Shown here: positions 15,847 to 30,461 of the stretch, piece after piece
How the letters are laid out: every line of letters begins with the position of its first letter
How positions within the stretch are numbered: position 1 is the first letter of the stretch
Assembly: GCA_964016885.1 (NCBI GenBank)
Contig: OZ024760.1
Span: 23,932,001-23,996,000 of the forward strand
From: Eledone cirrhosa
Lineage: Eukaryota
Length of the DNA stretch: 64,000 nucleotides
Reading direction: 5' to 3'
Made by a program: the position numbers and the translations under genes
Notes under the pieces: generated by a model
The model's database searches: none
What the model saw: the letters and a program-made list of their open reading frames with translations, nothing else
Told to the model about the DNA's origin: nothing

Positions 15847-16307
15847 ACAATATATTAATAAATGAAAACTATATTTATAAAACCATATATATTTCATTAT
15901 ACATATTTCAAGGACACCAAAGCAAATTATGGTGCGCTTTCATCAGATAAAATATAATATAGATCAGTTTTATAAACAAATATTGACATACCCTTAAAAG
16001 AAGAAAAAATTAGTCACTCCACTATCCGGGAGCTTCCAACAGACATGGTCGCATTCTTTTAAGAATATAAAATATAAACAATATTTGTTTATATAACTGA
16101 TCTATATTATATTTTATCTGATGAAAGCGCACCATAATTTGCTTTGGTGTCCTTGAAATATGTATAATGAAATAAATATGGTTTTATAAATATAGTTTCC
16201 ATTTATTAATATATTGTATTTTTACTTCAAAAATTTGTTGAGTGCTTTATATCAGTTATAAAAATATTTGCTTGTTGTATCCCAACAAATTAAATATAAC
16301 TTCTACA
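15847..16307. mobile_element. Fold-back HHR element, family A (HHR 15890-15954 on minus; HHR 16110-16174 on plus)
   Basis: Inverted arms of about 155 bp. Plus strand: tattttat-CTGATGA(16118)-aagcgcacca..tggtgtcctt-GAAA(16155)tatgtaTA^atgaaata. The long right arm has the GAGTGCT tail. Confidence 0.85.
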
Positions 16308-16387
16308 TATATATATATATATATTCGTGGATGTCTGTACGCATCTCAGTTCATGTGTGCATGTATGTATATATATATATATATATA

Positions 16388-16611
16388 ATGAAGGAGGTGT
16401 GGTAAGGAACCATATGGACCATATCGCACCAGAGTACTCAATACCTAGGGTAGTAGAGTGGGTAATAAGAAAATGTTTGACCCCGACGGCAGAGTTCAAG
16501 CCGTTTCGACGGCTATTTCAAAAATAGCCGTCGAAACGGCTTGAGGTCTGCCGTCGGGAGTCAAACATTTTCCTATATATATGGTCTGCCGTCGGGAGTC
16601 AAACATTTTCC

Positions 16612-16612
<1 letters not shown>
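16388..16612. mobile_element. Fold-back (TA)n-inserted element, family E (no HHR core recognised)
   Basis: Inverted repeat centred near 16522 (gacggctatttcaaaaatagccgtc). Related pieces at 35221-35375, 36771-36832, 57031-57182 and 62309-62398. Confidence 0.65.
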
Positions 16613-16648
<36 letters not shown>

Positions 16649-16653
16649 ATGCA

Positions 16654-16686
<33 letters not shown>

Positions 16687-16740
16687 CATATATATATATG
16701 CATGTATATATATGCATATATATATATATGCATATATATA

Positions 16741-16774
<34 letters not shown>

Positions 16775-16983
16775 TATACATATATATATATATGCATATA
16801 CATATATACATATATATATGCATATATATATATATATATGCATATATATATATGCATATACATATACATGTATGCATATATATATACATATACATATATA
16901 TACATATATACATATATATGCATATATATATACATATATATATGCATATATATGCATATATATATATACATATATATATATGC

Positions 16984-17016
<33 letters not shown>

Positions 17017-17039
17017 TGCATATATATATATGCATATAT

Positions 17040-17082
<43 letters not shown>

Positions 17083-17530
17083 TATATATATAAATATATA
17101 TATGTATATATATATATATATATATATGCATATACATATATGCATATATATATATGCATATACATATATATATATATGCATATACAAATGCTTAAATGTT
17201 TTTGTATGATTGCATGCATCTGAGAATGGCCTAGACGCATGTTAATGTGCAGCGCTAATCATATATGCATGTATACAAGTGTGCATGCTAATATATGCAT
17301 AATATACATATGCAGATATCGTGTGCGTGTATTGATGCGCGATTGATACGATATAGATCGATATAGATATGTAGAAATATAGGTATACAAACATAAATAC
17401 AAACATATGTGTATAGGTGTGTATGCGTATATATATATATATATATATATATACACGTATATATATATATATATATATACGTATATATATATATATATAT
17501 ACGTATATATATATATATATATATATATAC

Positions 17531-17582
<52 letters not shown>

Positions 17583-17600
17583 GTATATATATATATATAC

Positions 17601-17636
<36 letters not shown>

Positions 17637-17710
17637 GTATATATATATATATATATATATACGTATATATATATATATATATACGTATATATATATATAT
17701 ATATATATAC

Positions 17711-17765
<55 letters not shown>

Positions 17766-17816
17766 TATATATATATATGGATATGTGCGTATATATATAT
17801 ATATATATATATATGC

Positions 17817-17878
<62 letters not shown>

Positions 17879-18029
17879 TATATGCGTATATATATATGCG
17901 TATATATATATATATGCGTATATATATATATATATATGCGTATATATATATATATATATATACATATATATACATAGATGTGCGTATATATATATACATA
18001 TATATATACGCATGTATATATATATATGC

Positions 18030-18086
<57 letters not shown>

Positions 18087-18220
18087 TGTATATATATATA
18101 TGCGTATATATATGCGTATATATATATAAGCGTATATATGTGCGTATATGTATGTATATATATCCATATATATATATATGTATTTATATATATATGCGTA
18201 TATATATATATATATATGCG

Positions 18221-18251
<31 letters not shown>

Positions 18252-18283
18252 GCGTATATATATATATATATATATATATATGC

Positions 18284-18381
<98 letters not shown>

Positions 18382-18523
18382 GCATATATATATATATATA
18401 CGCATATATATATATATATATATACGCATATATATATAAATACATATATATATATGTATTTATATATATATGCGTATATATATATATATATATATATATG
18501 CGTATATATATATATATATATGC

Positions 18524-18590
<67 letters not shown>

Positions 18591-18591
18591 C

Positions 18592-19022
18592 AATGATATT
18601 AAATAAATGGAAACTATATTTATAAAACCATATTTATTCAATTATATATATTTCAAGGATACCAAAATTTTGATGCGCTATCATCAGATAAAATACGAAG
18701 GCTGTTTTATAAATATTTGACATAACCAAGGATAATATACCTTAACGGTTCAAGTTATCCTGACTTTCCAGGGATAACTTGAACCGTTAAGGTATATTAT
18801 CCTTGGTCATGTCAAATATTTATAAAACATTTTGCATTTTATCTGATGATAGCGCACCAAAATGTTTGTATCCTTGAAATATATATTAATTGAATAAATA
18901 TGGTTTTATAAATATAGTTTCCATTTAATATCATTGAATATTTACTCCAGAAAACTGTCGAGTGCTCTGAATCAGTTATAAACATTTGTTGTATTTCCAA
19001 CAAATTAAATATCCTTTCTACT
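18592..19022. mobile_element. Fold-back HHR element, diverged family A' (HHR-like ~18636-18695 on minus; ~18836-18896 on plus)
   Basis: Inverted arms centred near 18765. CTGATGA at 18843 and GAAA at 18876. Stems partly degenerate. GAGTGCT at 18960. Confidence 0.75.
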
Positions 19023-19048
19023 TATATATATATATATAATATATATAT

Positions 19049-19093
<45 letters not shown>

Positions 19094-19242
19094 ATATATA
19101 TATATAAATGGAATAGAATGAAACGAAATTTCATTTCTCACCTTTAGTACGGCACTTACTTAAATATAAGTATGTATGTATGTATACGTACATACATGTA
19201 TGTATACAGACGTACAGTAATATGTATATATATTCATACATG

Positions 19243-19291
<49 letters not shown>

Positions 19292-19387
19292 GTATCGGTT
19301 TTACCGAACATTTATTATAATGCTCGGTTTGTTTGTAAACAAACAAACAGCCCGAATTACGCCGTACAGTCTTTAGGCAACCACATC

Positions 19388-19716
19388 ACCTTTTTGTTCA
19401 ACACTGACCCAGGAACGATGTACTAGTTTCAAACTTATTAGCTATCGTCAGCATCGTATACCTTCCTGCCAAATGGTTGAACGTCTGAAAGTATATACCT
19501 TTTGTTCAACACTGACCCAGGAACGATGTACTAGTTTCAAACTTATTAGCTATCGTCAGCATCGTATACCTTCCTGCCAGATGGTTGAACGTCTGAAAGT
19601 ATATACTTTTTGTTCAACACTGACCCAGGAACGATGTACTAGTTTCAAACTTATTAGCTATCGTCAGCATCGTATACCTTCCTGCCAGATGGTTGAACGT
19701 CTGAAAGTATATACTT
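19388..19716 (-). repeat. 3 x 108-bp tandem repeat, each unit with a minimal type I hammerhead (retrozyme-like)
   Basis: Minus strand: acgatg-CTGACGA-tagct-aata-agttt-GAAA-ctag-TA^catcgt at 19415-19457, 19523-19565 and 19631-19673. Confidence 0.85.
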
Positions 19717-20829
19717 TCCTTATGCATATTAACGGCTGAGCAGCCTAATTTGCATATCGAGTGAGTTCAGTCGGCCGGGTGTACCGAAAACGATAAATGG
19801 ACGGCACTCTTAGTACGGCACTTACTTAAATGTAAATATGTATGTATGTATACGTAGATACATATATGTATACACGTATACATACATACAATAAATGTTC
19901 GGTAAACGATACGTGCATATATATATGTGTGCATGTGTGTATATATATACATACTACTGTACGTCTGTAATCATATATGTATGTACGTATACATACATAC
20001 ATACTTACATTTATATATATATATATGTGTATATATATATGTATGTATACATACATATATGTGTGTGTGCGTATGTATGTGTGTGTTCGTGTGAATGTCT
20101 ATGCAAATGTGTATATGTATGTGAAAGTAAATGTGTATGTGGATGTGTATGTGCATGCATATATATATAGAGAGATATCCGTATGTATGCATATGTTTGT
20201 GTATGTGTGTGCGTATGTATGTATGTGCACGTGCATGTATGTGCACGTGTATGTATGTGACTATAGGCATGTGTATGTGTATGTATGGATGCATATGTTT
20301 GTATGTATAGGTTTCTATGTATGTGACTGTATGTTTGTATGTATAGGTTTCTATGTATGTGACTGTATGTTTGTATGTATAGGTTTCTATGTATGTGACT
20401 GTATGTGTGTATGTCTACATGTGTATATGTGTATATGTGTGTATGTATGCATATGTTTGTATGTATACGTATGTATGTATGTGACTGTATATGTGTATGT
20501 CTATATGTGTATATGTGTATATGTGTGTATGTATGCATATGTTTGTATGTATACGTATGTATGTATGTGACTGTATATGTGTATGTCTATATGTGTATAT
20601 GTGTATATGTGTGTATGTATGCATATGTTTGTATGTATACGGTTCTATGCATGTGACTGTATATGTGTGTGTGTGTATGTGTATATGTGCGTATGTGTAT
20701 GTATGCATATGTTTGTATGTATACGTATGTATGTATGTGATTCCTGCTTTAGATTATTGTTGACATGATAGATGTAATAATGGTTGGTTAATTAAATAAC
20801 ATTTTAATATATAGAGATAGATTGTCACC

Positions 20830-20893
<64 letters not shown>

Positions 20894-20936
20894 ATCATTT
20901 ATACAGGAATATATATGCGTAAATATATAGATAGAA

Positions 20937-20975
<39 letters not shown>

Positions 20976-21243
20976 GAGAGAGAGAGAGAGTGAGTGAGTG
21001 AGAGAGAGAGAGAGAAAGATATATATATATATATATATACATAAATATTTATACAGGAATAATCTATATATATATATACAGAGAGAGAGAGAGAAGCATA
21101 TGTATACATATATATATATATAGAAGAATATGTATACATTCACATATATATAGAAGAATATGTATACATACATATATATATATAGAAGAATATGTATACA
21201 CACATATATATATATATAAGAATATGGATAAACACACATGTAT

Positions 21244-21277
<34 letters not shown>

Positions 21278-21483
21278 CTCTGTTCTGCATATATGATGAA
21301 AGGTGTATTATAACGCGGCTAATTAAACGTCAGAAATAGCTGTGTGTAAGTGTCTTTGAAGGCATATATAGATAATATATATATATATATATATACATAT
21401 ATATATACATGTGTGTGTGTGTGTAGCTTCTTTAGGTACGTTTGTAAATAGCCAATACACACTCACACATATACATATATATA

Positions 21484-22366
21484 CGAGGTGTGTCAGAAAA
21501 GTTCCAGCACTGATGTCGCAAAAGATTTATTTTAAACCCAAACTTCACACTAAGAGTGTTCTCCTTCAAAGTAATCCCCCTGTAATCTTAGGTCTCTGCA
21601 GCGATCAACTTTTTTTCTTCATAATTTTGTATACATGTCCTCTGTTTCAGGTCGTCAAGCAATGAGCACAGAGCAACGAACAAACTTGAAGTTTCTGGTA
21701 CGGTTGGGGAAAACTCCGTTAGAAGCACTGGGATTGCTGCAGAAAGTGTATGGAGATGAGACGATGTCACGCTCACGTGTTTTTGAGTGATGCAAGAGGT
21801 TTAGAGAAGGACGCGAGGACGTGGAAGATGACCCCAGGAACGGAAGGCCCTCAACAACCAGGACTGAGGTCAATGTTGAGCGCGTCAGGCAGATGGTGCG
21901 TAGCGATCGTCGGCTGACTGTTCGACTGATGGCAAATGAGCTGGGCATGAATCGGGACAGCGTCTGGAAGATTATCACTGAAGATTTGGACATGTGGAAA
22001 GTCTGCGCGAAGATGGTGCCAAAACTACTGAACGATGACCAGAAGGGACGACGCATGCAAGTGTGCCAGGGCATCCTCGAGCGTCTTGGAACCGAACCAG
22101 ACTTGCTAGGGACAGTCATCACCGGTGATGAGTCATGGTTCTTCGAATACGACCCGAGGGGGACCCGTTTTGAAGACGTGGACGGCATCAAAAAGGCCGT
22201 GACGACGGAACTGCGGAGGATCCCGGAAGAATCCTTCCAGGAGTGCATGCAAGCGTGGCAGAAAAGGATGGAAAAGTGCATTAGACTCCAGGGGGATTAC
22301 TTTGAAGGAGAAAACTCTTAGTGTGACGTTTGGGTTTGAAATAAATCTTTTGTGACATCACACCTC

Positions 22367-22367
<1 letters not shown>
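21484..22367 (+). mobile_element. Internally deleted mariner (Tc1/mariner) DNA transposon
   Basis: TA|cgaggtgtg...cacctcg|TA ends. Imperfect TIRs of about 100 bp. Contains a transposase remnant. Confidence 0.92.
21662..22321 (+). pseudogene. Mariner transposase pseudogene
   Basis: MSTEQRTNLKFLVRLGKT...SRSRVFE*CKRFREGREDVEDDPRNGRP...KMVPKLL...ITGDESWFFEYDP is fused directly to RGTRFED...QGDYFEG. There is an in-frame stop, and the rest of the DD34D domain including YSPDLAP is missing. Confidence 0.9.
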
Positions 22368-22409
<42 letters not shown>

Positions 22410-22430
22410 GTATAATAAACAATACAATAT

Positions 22431-22508
22431 AATTACCTCATTACCAGAGGTTTCCAGAATAAGACGGATACAAGAAACGTCCGCATTCGTTCGTCAGACA
22501 AGGCAATT
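22431..22508 (-). ncRNA. Type I hammerhead ribozyme (singleton family, in a (TA)n-flanked island at 22408-22555)
   Basis: Minus strand: aattgccttgt-CTGACGA-[long stem II]-GAAA-cc-tct-gg-TA^atgaggtaatt. Stem I is 11 bp including G-U pairs. Confidence 0.8.
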
Positions 22509-23138
22509 TAAACATATTCATTCCACTGACTTTTTCAACGGAAACTTGAACACTTATATATATATATATATTAAAATAACAGATTAAAGTTTCAGCAAAG
22601 AATCGCTGCTTTCACCCTTAACGGGATCTTCTGAAACTAACTATTTGGTCTACGGTTCTTATATATTTGATATATATTTATCCTTATCGAGCCCTCTTTG
22701 GATTTTAGTCTTCAAATTTATTATTATTACTTTTTTCTAAAAGCGCTCATATATTTACCTAGCTTATGCTAAACAGCATAGTTTTAAAGCTTGTTTCTTT
22801 CCCCTACGGTTAGCTATACTCTTTGTTGTTCTCCTGTCTCACTCGCTTTACGCGTTTCAATTGTCCTAATAACTTATTTTGGTTATTATTGCACCGACGT
22901 GAGGTATATGATTTTTAATGCAATGAAATATCTATGATCGTCGGCAAATCACTGATGAGGGACTCATTTTATTACATGTTATCCATGTGCTACCTGCAGT
23001 ATTTTTCTCTATATTTATTATATATATATATATATATTTATTAAAATAACAGATTAAAGTTTAAGCAAAGAATCGCTGCTTTCACCCTTAACGGGATCTT
23101 CTGAAACTAACAAAGTCAATCTGTAAACGCAGTATTAC

Positions 23139-23234
<96 letters not shown>

Positions 23235-23624
23235 TAAGTGAGGAAAGGCCTTGCACTCGACCAATCCCACTCTCTGAGCATCGAAAACACTACCGAAAAG
23301 GAGAACTTTCTAAATATCATCGGATGTTTCCGAAGCCGCAGGTGTTTTTTCAGAGTTTCCCTCTCCTAGAAAGGTTTGTGACAACAACTTGGGGCCCTTC
23401 GATCCCAGGTGAAAAAACAAACAAAAGTACTATTTGGATAGCCGTTGACTCTGCTGAGTTCCTCTGTCCTTTGCTTACATACATACGTACGTATCCACGT
23501 CGGAGTTTCGATTCTTGGGCGGCACATTGTGTCCTTGAGCAAAACCTCTTTACTGAGAGAAACCAGCAGTAATAGATAAGACAATGGGACCATTGCATTC
23601 TTGAGTTTTATATCGAATTATAAT

Positions 23625-24410
23625 AACGGTTTCTCATTTAGACACCAGGGCAACAATTTTGGTGGGGAGGACAAAGTCAATTAAATCGACCCCTGGTACT
23701 TTATTTTATCGACCCTGTGAGGATGAAAGGCAAAGCTAACCACAGCCGAATTTGAACTAAGAACGTAGAGGGACGTAATTGCACCGAGAAGTATGGTACC
23801 CAACGCTCTACCGATACTGACAATAATTGCTTCTACTTTTGGCACAAGGCCAGCAATTATCCCAGTGCATTACTGGTACTTTATTTTATCGCCCCCGTAA
23901 GGCAAAGTTAACCTCGGTGGGATTTGAACTCAGAATGGCAAGGGCCGTAACTCTATGCTGTACTCTACCGATACTGCCAATTCACCCATCTTAATAATGG
24001 TTTCTTATATAGGCACAAGGCCGGCAATTTTGTGGGAGGGGAAAGTCGATTAAATCGATCCCAGTGTATAACTGGTACTTTATTTTATCGCCCCCGTAAG
24101 GATGAAAAGAAAAGTTAACATCGGCGGGATTTGAACACAGAATGGCAAGGGCCGTAACTCTATGCTGCAAAGCATGGCGTCCGACTCTCTACCGATACTG
24201 CCGATTCACTGCTCATCTTAATAAATTGTTTCTACTTTTGGCACAAGGCCAGCAATCAATCCTCAGTACATTACTGGTACTTTATTTTATCGACCCCCGT
24301 AAGGAGAAAAGGCAAAGTTAAACTCGGCGGGATTTGAACTCAGAACGTAAAGGGCCATAACTCTGTGCTGTAAAGCATGCTGTCTGACACCCTACCGATA
24401 CTGCCATAAT
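23625..24410 (-). mobile_element. Tandem cluster of four SINE family 2 copies
   Basis: Four repeats of ggcacaaggcc..ctggtactttattttatcg..ccc..aaggcaaagttaac..gggatttgaactcagaa..ctctaccgatactg. The minus strand has a B-box-like gagttcaaatcc. Confidence 0.8.
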
Positions 24411-24549
24411 AATGCCAGCAACACCTCCACCAACACCAACAACAACAACAGCAATGACAACAACAACACCATCAACAACAACAACAGCAGTGTATTCATG
24501 GATTGAGAAGGAAAATAAATTTTAATGTATGTATTATAAAAATCAGTTT

Positions 24550-24586
<37 letters not shown>

Positions 24587-24701
24587 TACACACATATATA
24601 TATATATATATAAATATATTATATGTATATATATCTATATTATACACATATATATTTATATATATGTGTGTGTGATGTATGCATGTATGTATGTGTGTCA
24701 A

Positions 24702-24752
<51 letters not shown>

Positions 24753-24914
24753 TTCTATGTGTGTGTGTACGTATGTGTGTGTGTGTTCGTGTGTGTGCGT
24801 GTGTGTGTACGCGTGTGTGTGTCATTCCATCTGTGTCTAAGTCATAAAAAATTTGAAAGTAAATGTAAATTTAATGAAAACTCTTTCGGAAAAGTAATTC
24901 AAATCTTTTACAAT

Positions 24915-24950
<36 letters not shown>

Positions 24951-24966
24951 TGTATATAAGTGTATA

Positions 24967-25026
<60 letters not shown>

Positions 25027-25059
25027 TTAAAAAATAATGAATAAAACAATGAAATAGTT

Positions 25060-25139
<80 letters not shown>

Positions 25140-25403
25140 ATATAGATATATATGTCTTCATATCTACATGTATAGATCTACATATATGTATTTGAAAAAT
25201 ATAAGCATATATGTATACGTGTGTATACATATATGCTTATATGCATATATTTGAAATTTATAATAAATATTGCATAAAATATGCATATATATATATATAC
25301 ATATATACATGAATTTATTTATATATATATATATAAATAAATTCATGCATATTTTATATATATATATATATAAATATATACATAAATATATATATATATA
25401 AAT

Positions 25404-25450
<47 letters not shown>

Positions 25451-26057
25451 TATACATAAATATATATATATATATATATATATAAATATATATATATATA
25501 AATTCATACATAAATATATATATATATAAATATATATATATATAAATTCATACATAAATATATATATATATAAATATATACATAAATATATATATATGTA
25601 TATATATATATGATTATATATATAAGCATATATACATATAAATATATATATGCATACATATATACATATATACATACATATATACATAAATATATATATA
25701 TACATATATACATACATACTTATATACATATATACATAAATATACATATATATATACATACATATATATATACATATATACATAAATATACATATATATA
25801 TATATATACATACATATATATATAAATATATACATACATATACATACATATATATATAAATATATACATACATATACATACATATATATATAAATATATA
25901 CATACATATACATATATATATATACATACATATATACATACATATACATATATATATATACATACATATATAAATACATATACATATATATATATACATA
26001 CATACATATACATATATATATATACATACATATATACATACATATACATATATATAC

Positions 26058-26088
<31 letters not shown>

Positions 26089-26111
26089 CATACATATATA
26101 CATACATATAC

Positions 26112-26142
<31 letters not shown>

Positions 26143-26206
26143 CATATATACATACATATATATATATATACATACATATATATATATATACATACATATA
26201 TATGTA

Positions 26207-26274
<68 letters not shown>

Positions 26275-26287
26275 CATACATATATAT

Positions 26288-26318
<31 letters not shown>

Positions 26319-26539
26319 CATACATATATATATATACATATATATATATATATGTATATATATATGTATATATATATATATATGTATGTATATATATATA
26401 CATAGATACATATATATATATACATACATATATACATACATATATATACATACAGATATATATACATACATATATATATACATACATATATATATACATA
26501 CATATATACATATACATACAGATATATATATATATATAT

Positions 26540-26635
<96 letters not shown>

Positions 26636-27267
26636 TGAGTGAAATATCATATATAGACAAAGTAGCTGGGTGGTTTGTGGTTTGATGTATGAAATTAGTG
26701 TAAATATATTTATTGAATATATTCTTCGGAAAAACACTTAAGAAATCATTCCTACCATACTTCATATTGGAAATGGTTTTATATTGAGTGGAATTGTGCT
26801 TGTATGTATGTGTATGTGTGTATGTATGTATTTATGTATGTATGTATGTATGTATGTATGTATGTATGTATGTATGTATGTATGTATGTATGTATGTATG
26901 TACGTGTGTGTGTCTGTGTGTGTGTATGTATGTGTATGTATGTATGTGTGTGTAGGTGCGTGTGTGTATGTATGTATGTATGTATGTGTATGCGTGAAAG
27001 AGCACGATAGATACATATACATACACATATACATTCATATACACACACACACACACATATATATATACACACGTATATACATACTTATATACATATATAT
27101 ATATATATGTATGTATAGATGTGTGTGTAAGTGTGTGTGTGTGTAAGTGTGTATGCATGTGTATGGTTGCATGTGTGTGTGTGTATATACAAATATATTA
27201 ATATTTATATATACTGAGGTCTGGCTGCATCATCAGGTATGACTTTGGTCAAGAGAGCCAAACCACT

Positions 27268-28190
27268 TAACAACAATCACAATAACAAACACCAACACCA
27301 CCACTAATACCAACAGCAATGCCATAAAACTCAACAACACCAACAACACCTCCAACAACACCAACAATACCAACACCACCAACAACAACACCACCAATCC
27401 CAACAACAACAACACCAGCAACAATACCAAAAACACCACCACCAAGCCCAACAACACCACCACCAAACCCACAAACACCACCACTACCACCACCAACAAC
27501 ACCACCAACAACAACATCAGCAACACCACCAACAACAACACTACAAGCCCATCGACACCAACAACAACAACACCAATAGCACCACCACCCAACAAAAATA
27601 CTACAACACCACCAACAGCAACAACACCAACAATACCACCAACAACATCAACGCCAACACCACCACCAACACCAACCAGAACGCCAACACCACCACCACC
27701 AGCACCACCACCAACACCAGTAACAACACCAACAACAACAACAGCACCAACAATACCACCACCAACAACAACAACAACACCAACAACACCAGCAATACCA
27801 AAACCACCACCACCAACAACAACAACAACACCACCAACACCACCAACACCACCAACAACAACACCAACAACACCACCAACATCAACACCACCAACACCAC
27901 CACCAACACCAACATCAACACCAACACCACCACCACCACCACCAACCCCACCAACATCAACACCACCAACACCACCACCACCACCACCACCACCAACACC
28001 ACTAACACCAACACCAACACCACCAACATCAACACCACCAACACCACCAACAACACCACCAACAACACCACCAACACCACCAACAACACCACCAACACCA
28101 CCAACACCACCAACACCACCAACAACACCACCACCAACACCACCAACACCACCACCAACAACACCGCCAACATCAACACCACCAACAACA
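27268..28190. repeat. (CAC/CAA)n compound trinucleotide repeat
   Basis: Seen directly in the sequence. Confidence 0.95.
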
Positions 28191-28432
28191 GCTGATCTAC
28201 TTCAATAGAATTACCATGTCTATTTTGATCAAGGTTTGGTTTTGTTAAAGCATTTTTTTCTTGTCGGAGTCTGAAAATGTCTTTGAAGAATGTTAGAAAA
28301 CTTCATTCTACAATGGCTCTAAGCTTCTGGAAACATCTATTTCAATTTCAGCCTACTTATTCTTCAACTTGTGTGTTCCTACCACAACACACTACCACCA
28401 CAACATTCAGATGTTCACACACGGTCTCACAT

Positions 28433-28465
<33 letters not shown>

Positions 28466-28467
28466 TG

Positions 28468-28500
<33 letters not shown>

Positions 28501-28655
28501 CTGTATATATATTTGAAAGTTAAACAAGGTTCAATGAATACGTCAAAGAATGAGTTTTACAATAGATTGGAAGCACTCAACAAAAAAAAAGGTTTTCCAG
28601 AGTTAATAATATTAATTCAAAATATTAACAAAATAGATATTCTTGTGATCAATTA

Positions 28656-28722
28656 TATTTTATTATACATATTTCAGAGGTACTGAGTTAAGTTCAACAG
28701 TACGTCCTCATCAGATAAAATA
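28656..28722 (-). ncRNA. Type I hammerhead ribozyme (family B), downstream of and co-oriented with the PLE ORF fragment
   Basis: Minus strand: tattttat-CTGATGA-ggacgtactg...cagtacctct-GAAA-t-atgt-a-TA^ataaaata. Tail with GAGTGCT at 28572-28578. Confidence 0.85.
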
Positions 28723-29089
28723 AGATGATGCATGACATACCCTGACATAGTAAATGGTTAAGATTCAGTTATGGTAGTGATTAACTTATGACGAAACTCA
28801 ATATTTATACCCTAATATTGAGAACCTGAGATAACATAATACAAACAATAGAGAGGGTGCGTGTAATAGAGCTTAAGAAATACATGGCATCAATATGACA
28901 GTTATAAATTTTTTTTATTTTTAAAAACTACTGGAGAAAGAGGAGGGAAAGGAAAGCATAAATATATTATCACATAAATATATTATCACATCAGCTGTTT
29001 CTTCCTCTGTGTTTTCCTTTCCCTCCTCTTTCTCCAGTAGTTTTTAAAAATAAAAAAATGTATAACTGTTATATGGTTATAAAATGATC

Positions 29090-29580
29090 CTTTTAAGTGG
29101 ATATTTAAATGTAGAAGAATGGTTATAGAGTCTTGCTTTAAAAGAGGTAGAAGTAGAGCCAATGTAGGTATAGGTATTGGTATTGTTACCACTTTACATT
29201 CGTATACTAGGTTTTTATCGAGACAGAAATTACTAAGAGGACAATTAGTTCTAATAGGGCAGTTACATTTACGATTAAGATTATTAACAGAGTTATTTGC
29301 AAGTGGCCCAGGATTATTTATATTAGGAACTGGAGTGGTGGAATTCCTCAAAGTTACGTTTGACGTCTTATTTATATTTATGTTATTTTGCCTAGAGTTT
29401 ACATTGACGTTGGACCTTACAGTGTTATTATTATGACTCTCGTGGTTGGATGCATATGAGTTATTATTTAATATTTTAGAATTATGTCTTGAGATAATTT
29501 TAGAAATGTTGGAAGTAGTGGAATATGAGAATTTAATGGTATGCTTATTAAAAATCTTGCTATATATATGTGAAGGGGGG
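29090..29580 (-). pseudogene. Penelope-like retroelement ORF fragment: RT thumb end, linker, CxCx5Cx5C and N-terminal GIY-YIG endonuclease
   Basis: Manual translation gives PPSHIYSKIFNKHTIKFSYSTTSNISKIISRHNSKIL...KCNCPIRTNCPLSNFCLDKNLVYECKVVT, then after a frameshift TYTYIGSTSTSFKARLYNHSSTFK. Confidence 0.88.
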
Positions 29581-29658
29581 AGCTGTTATCTGCGTACTTC
29601 GTTGAGTGCTCCAATCTGCATACTGAGGTGTCAGTAAACAACCAACATATACTCAAAA

Positions 29659-29740
<82 letters not shown>

Positions 29741-29791
29741 TGTGTGTTTATATATATATATATGTATGTATGTATATACATACATATATAT

Positions 29792-30399
29792 GTCAGGTCA
29801 CCAGTTGGTGCTACTGGTAACATGTATCCCAGTACAACCTGTCTCATGGTCTGGTCGTTGGCGACTAAACTGGCAACCCCACCAAGGTTTCTTGGTGAGG
29901 GGATTTACTTTGGACATCCTGCAGGACTAAAAACAAAACCTGTCAAAGGGCAAAGGAACTCTTAAGAGTCAATGGCCATCCAAAATCACCGGGAGAGATG
30001 ACCCCTTAGCCTTTGTCAAGGCAGAATTCTAGGAGAACCAAAACTCTGATATAACACCTGCAACCCTGATGGTATCCAATGATGTTGACTTGTTCTTCTT
30101 TTTGGTAAATATCATCTTGGTTAAGAGAGTGGGACTGGCATTGTGCAGTGCCTTTGCTCACTATAAAAGCTTCACGGCACAGGCATTGCTTTATATCTGG
30201 AGATCTCTCTGCACTTGTCATCACATGGTACCATGGGCCCAGCACTATGTGTCAATAATTGTCTCAAGTGTAGTGTTTGTGCCAGAGTTTTCAAGTCGCT
30301 GGCTGGACTAAAAAGTCACACTCGTTCAGCACATCGGTAGGGGTTCTCCTACATGGATATAAAGCAGTGGCCGTACTCGAAAACGAGTAGGCAGCACCA
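29792..30399 (+). mobile_element. Non-autonomous RTE-derived element (~610 bp)
   Basis: Copy of 11806-12411 with the RTE-like 5'UTR and the CSVCARVFKSLAGLKSH 3' end. Confidence 0.75.
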
Positions 30400-30402
30400 T
30401 AT

Positions 30403-30461
<59 letters not shown>

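Noticed and set aside
21290-21350. atgatga...gaaatagctgt as a degenerate HHR
   Set aside because: The core and stems are too degenerate to support a call.
22950-23010. CTGATGA at ~22952 as an HHR
   Set aside because: There is no stem II followed by GAAA. At best a deleted remnant, lying between the direct repeats 22571-22640 and 23041-23111.
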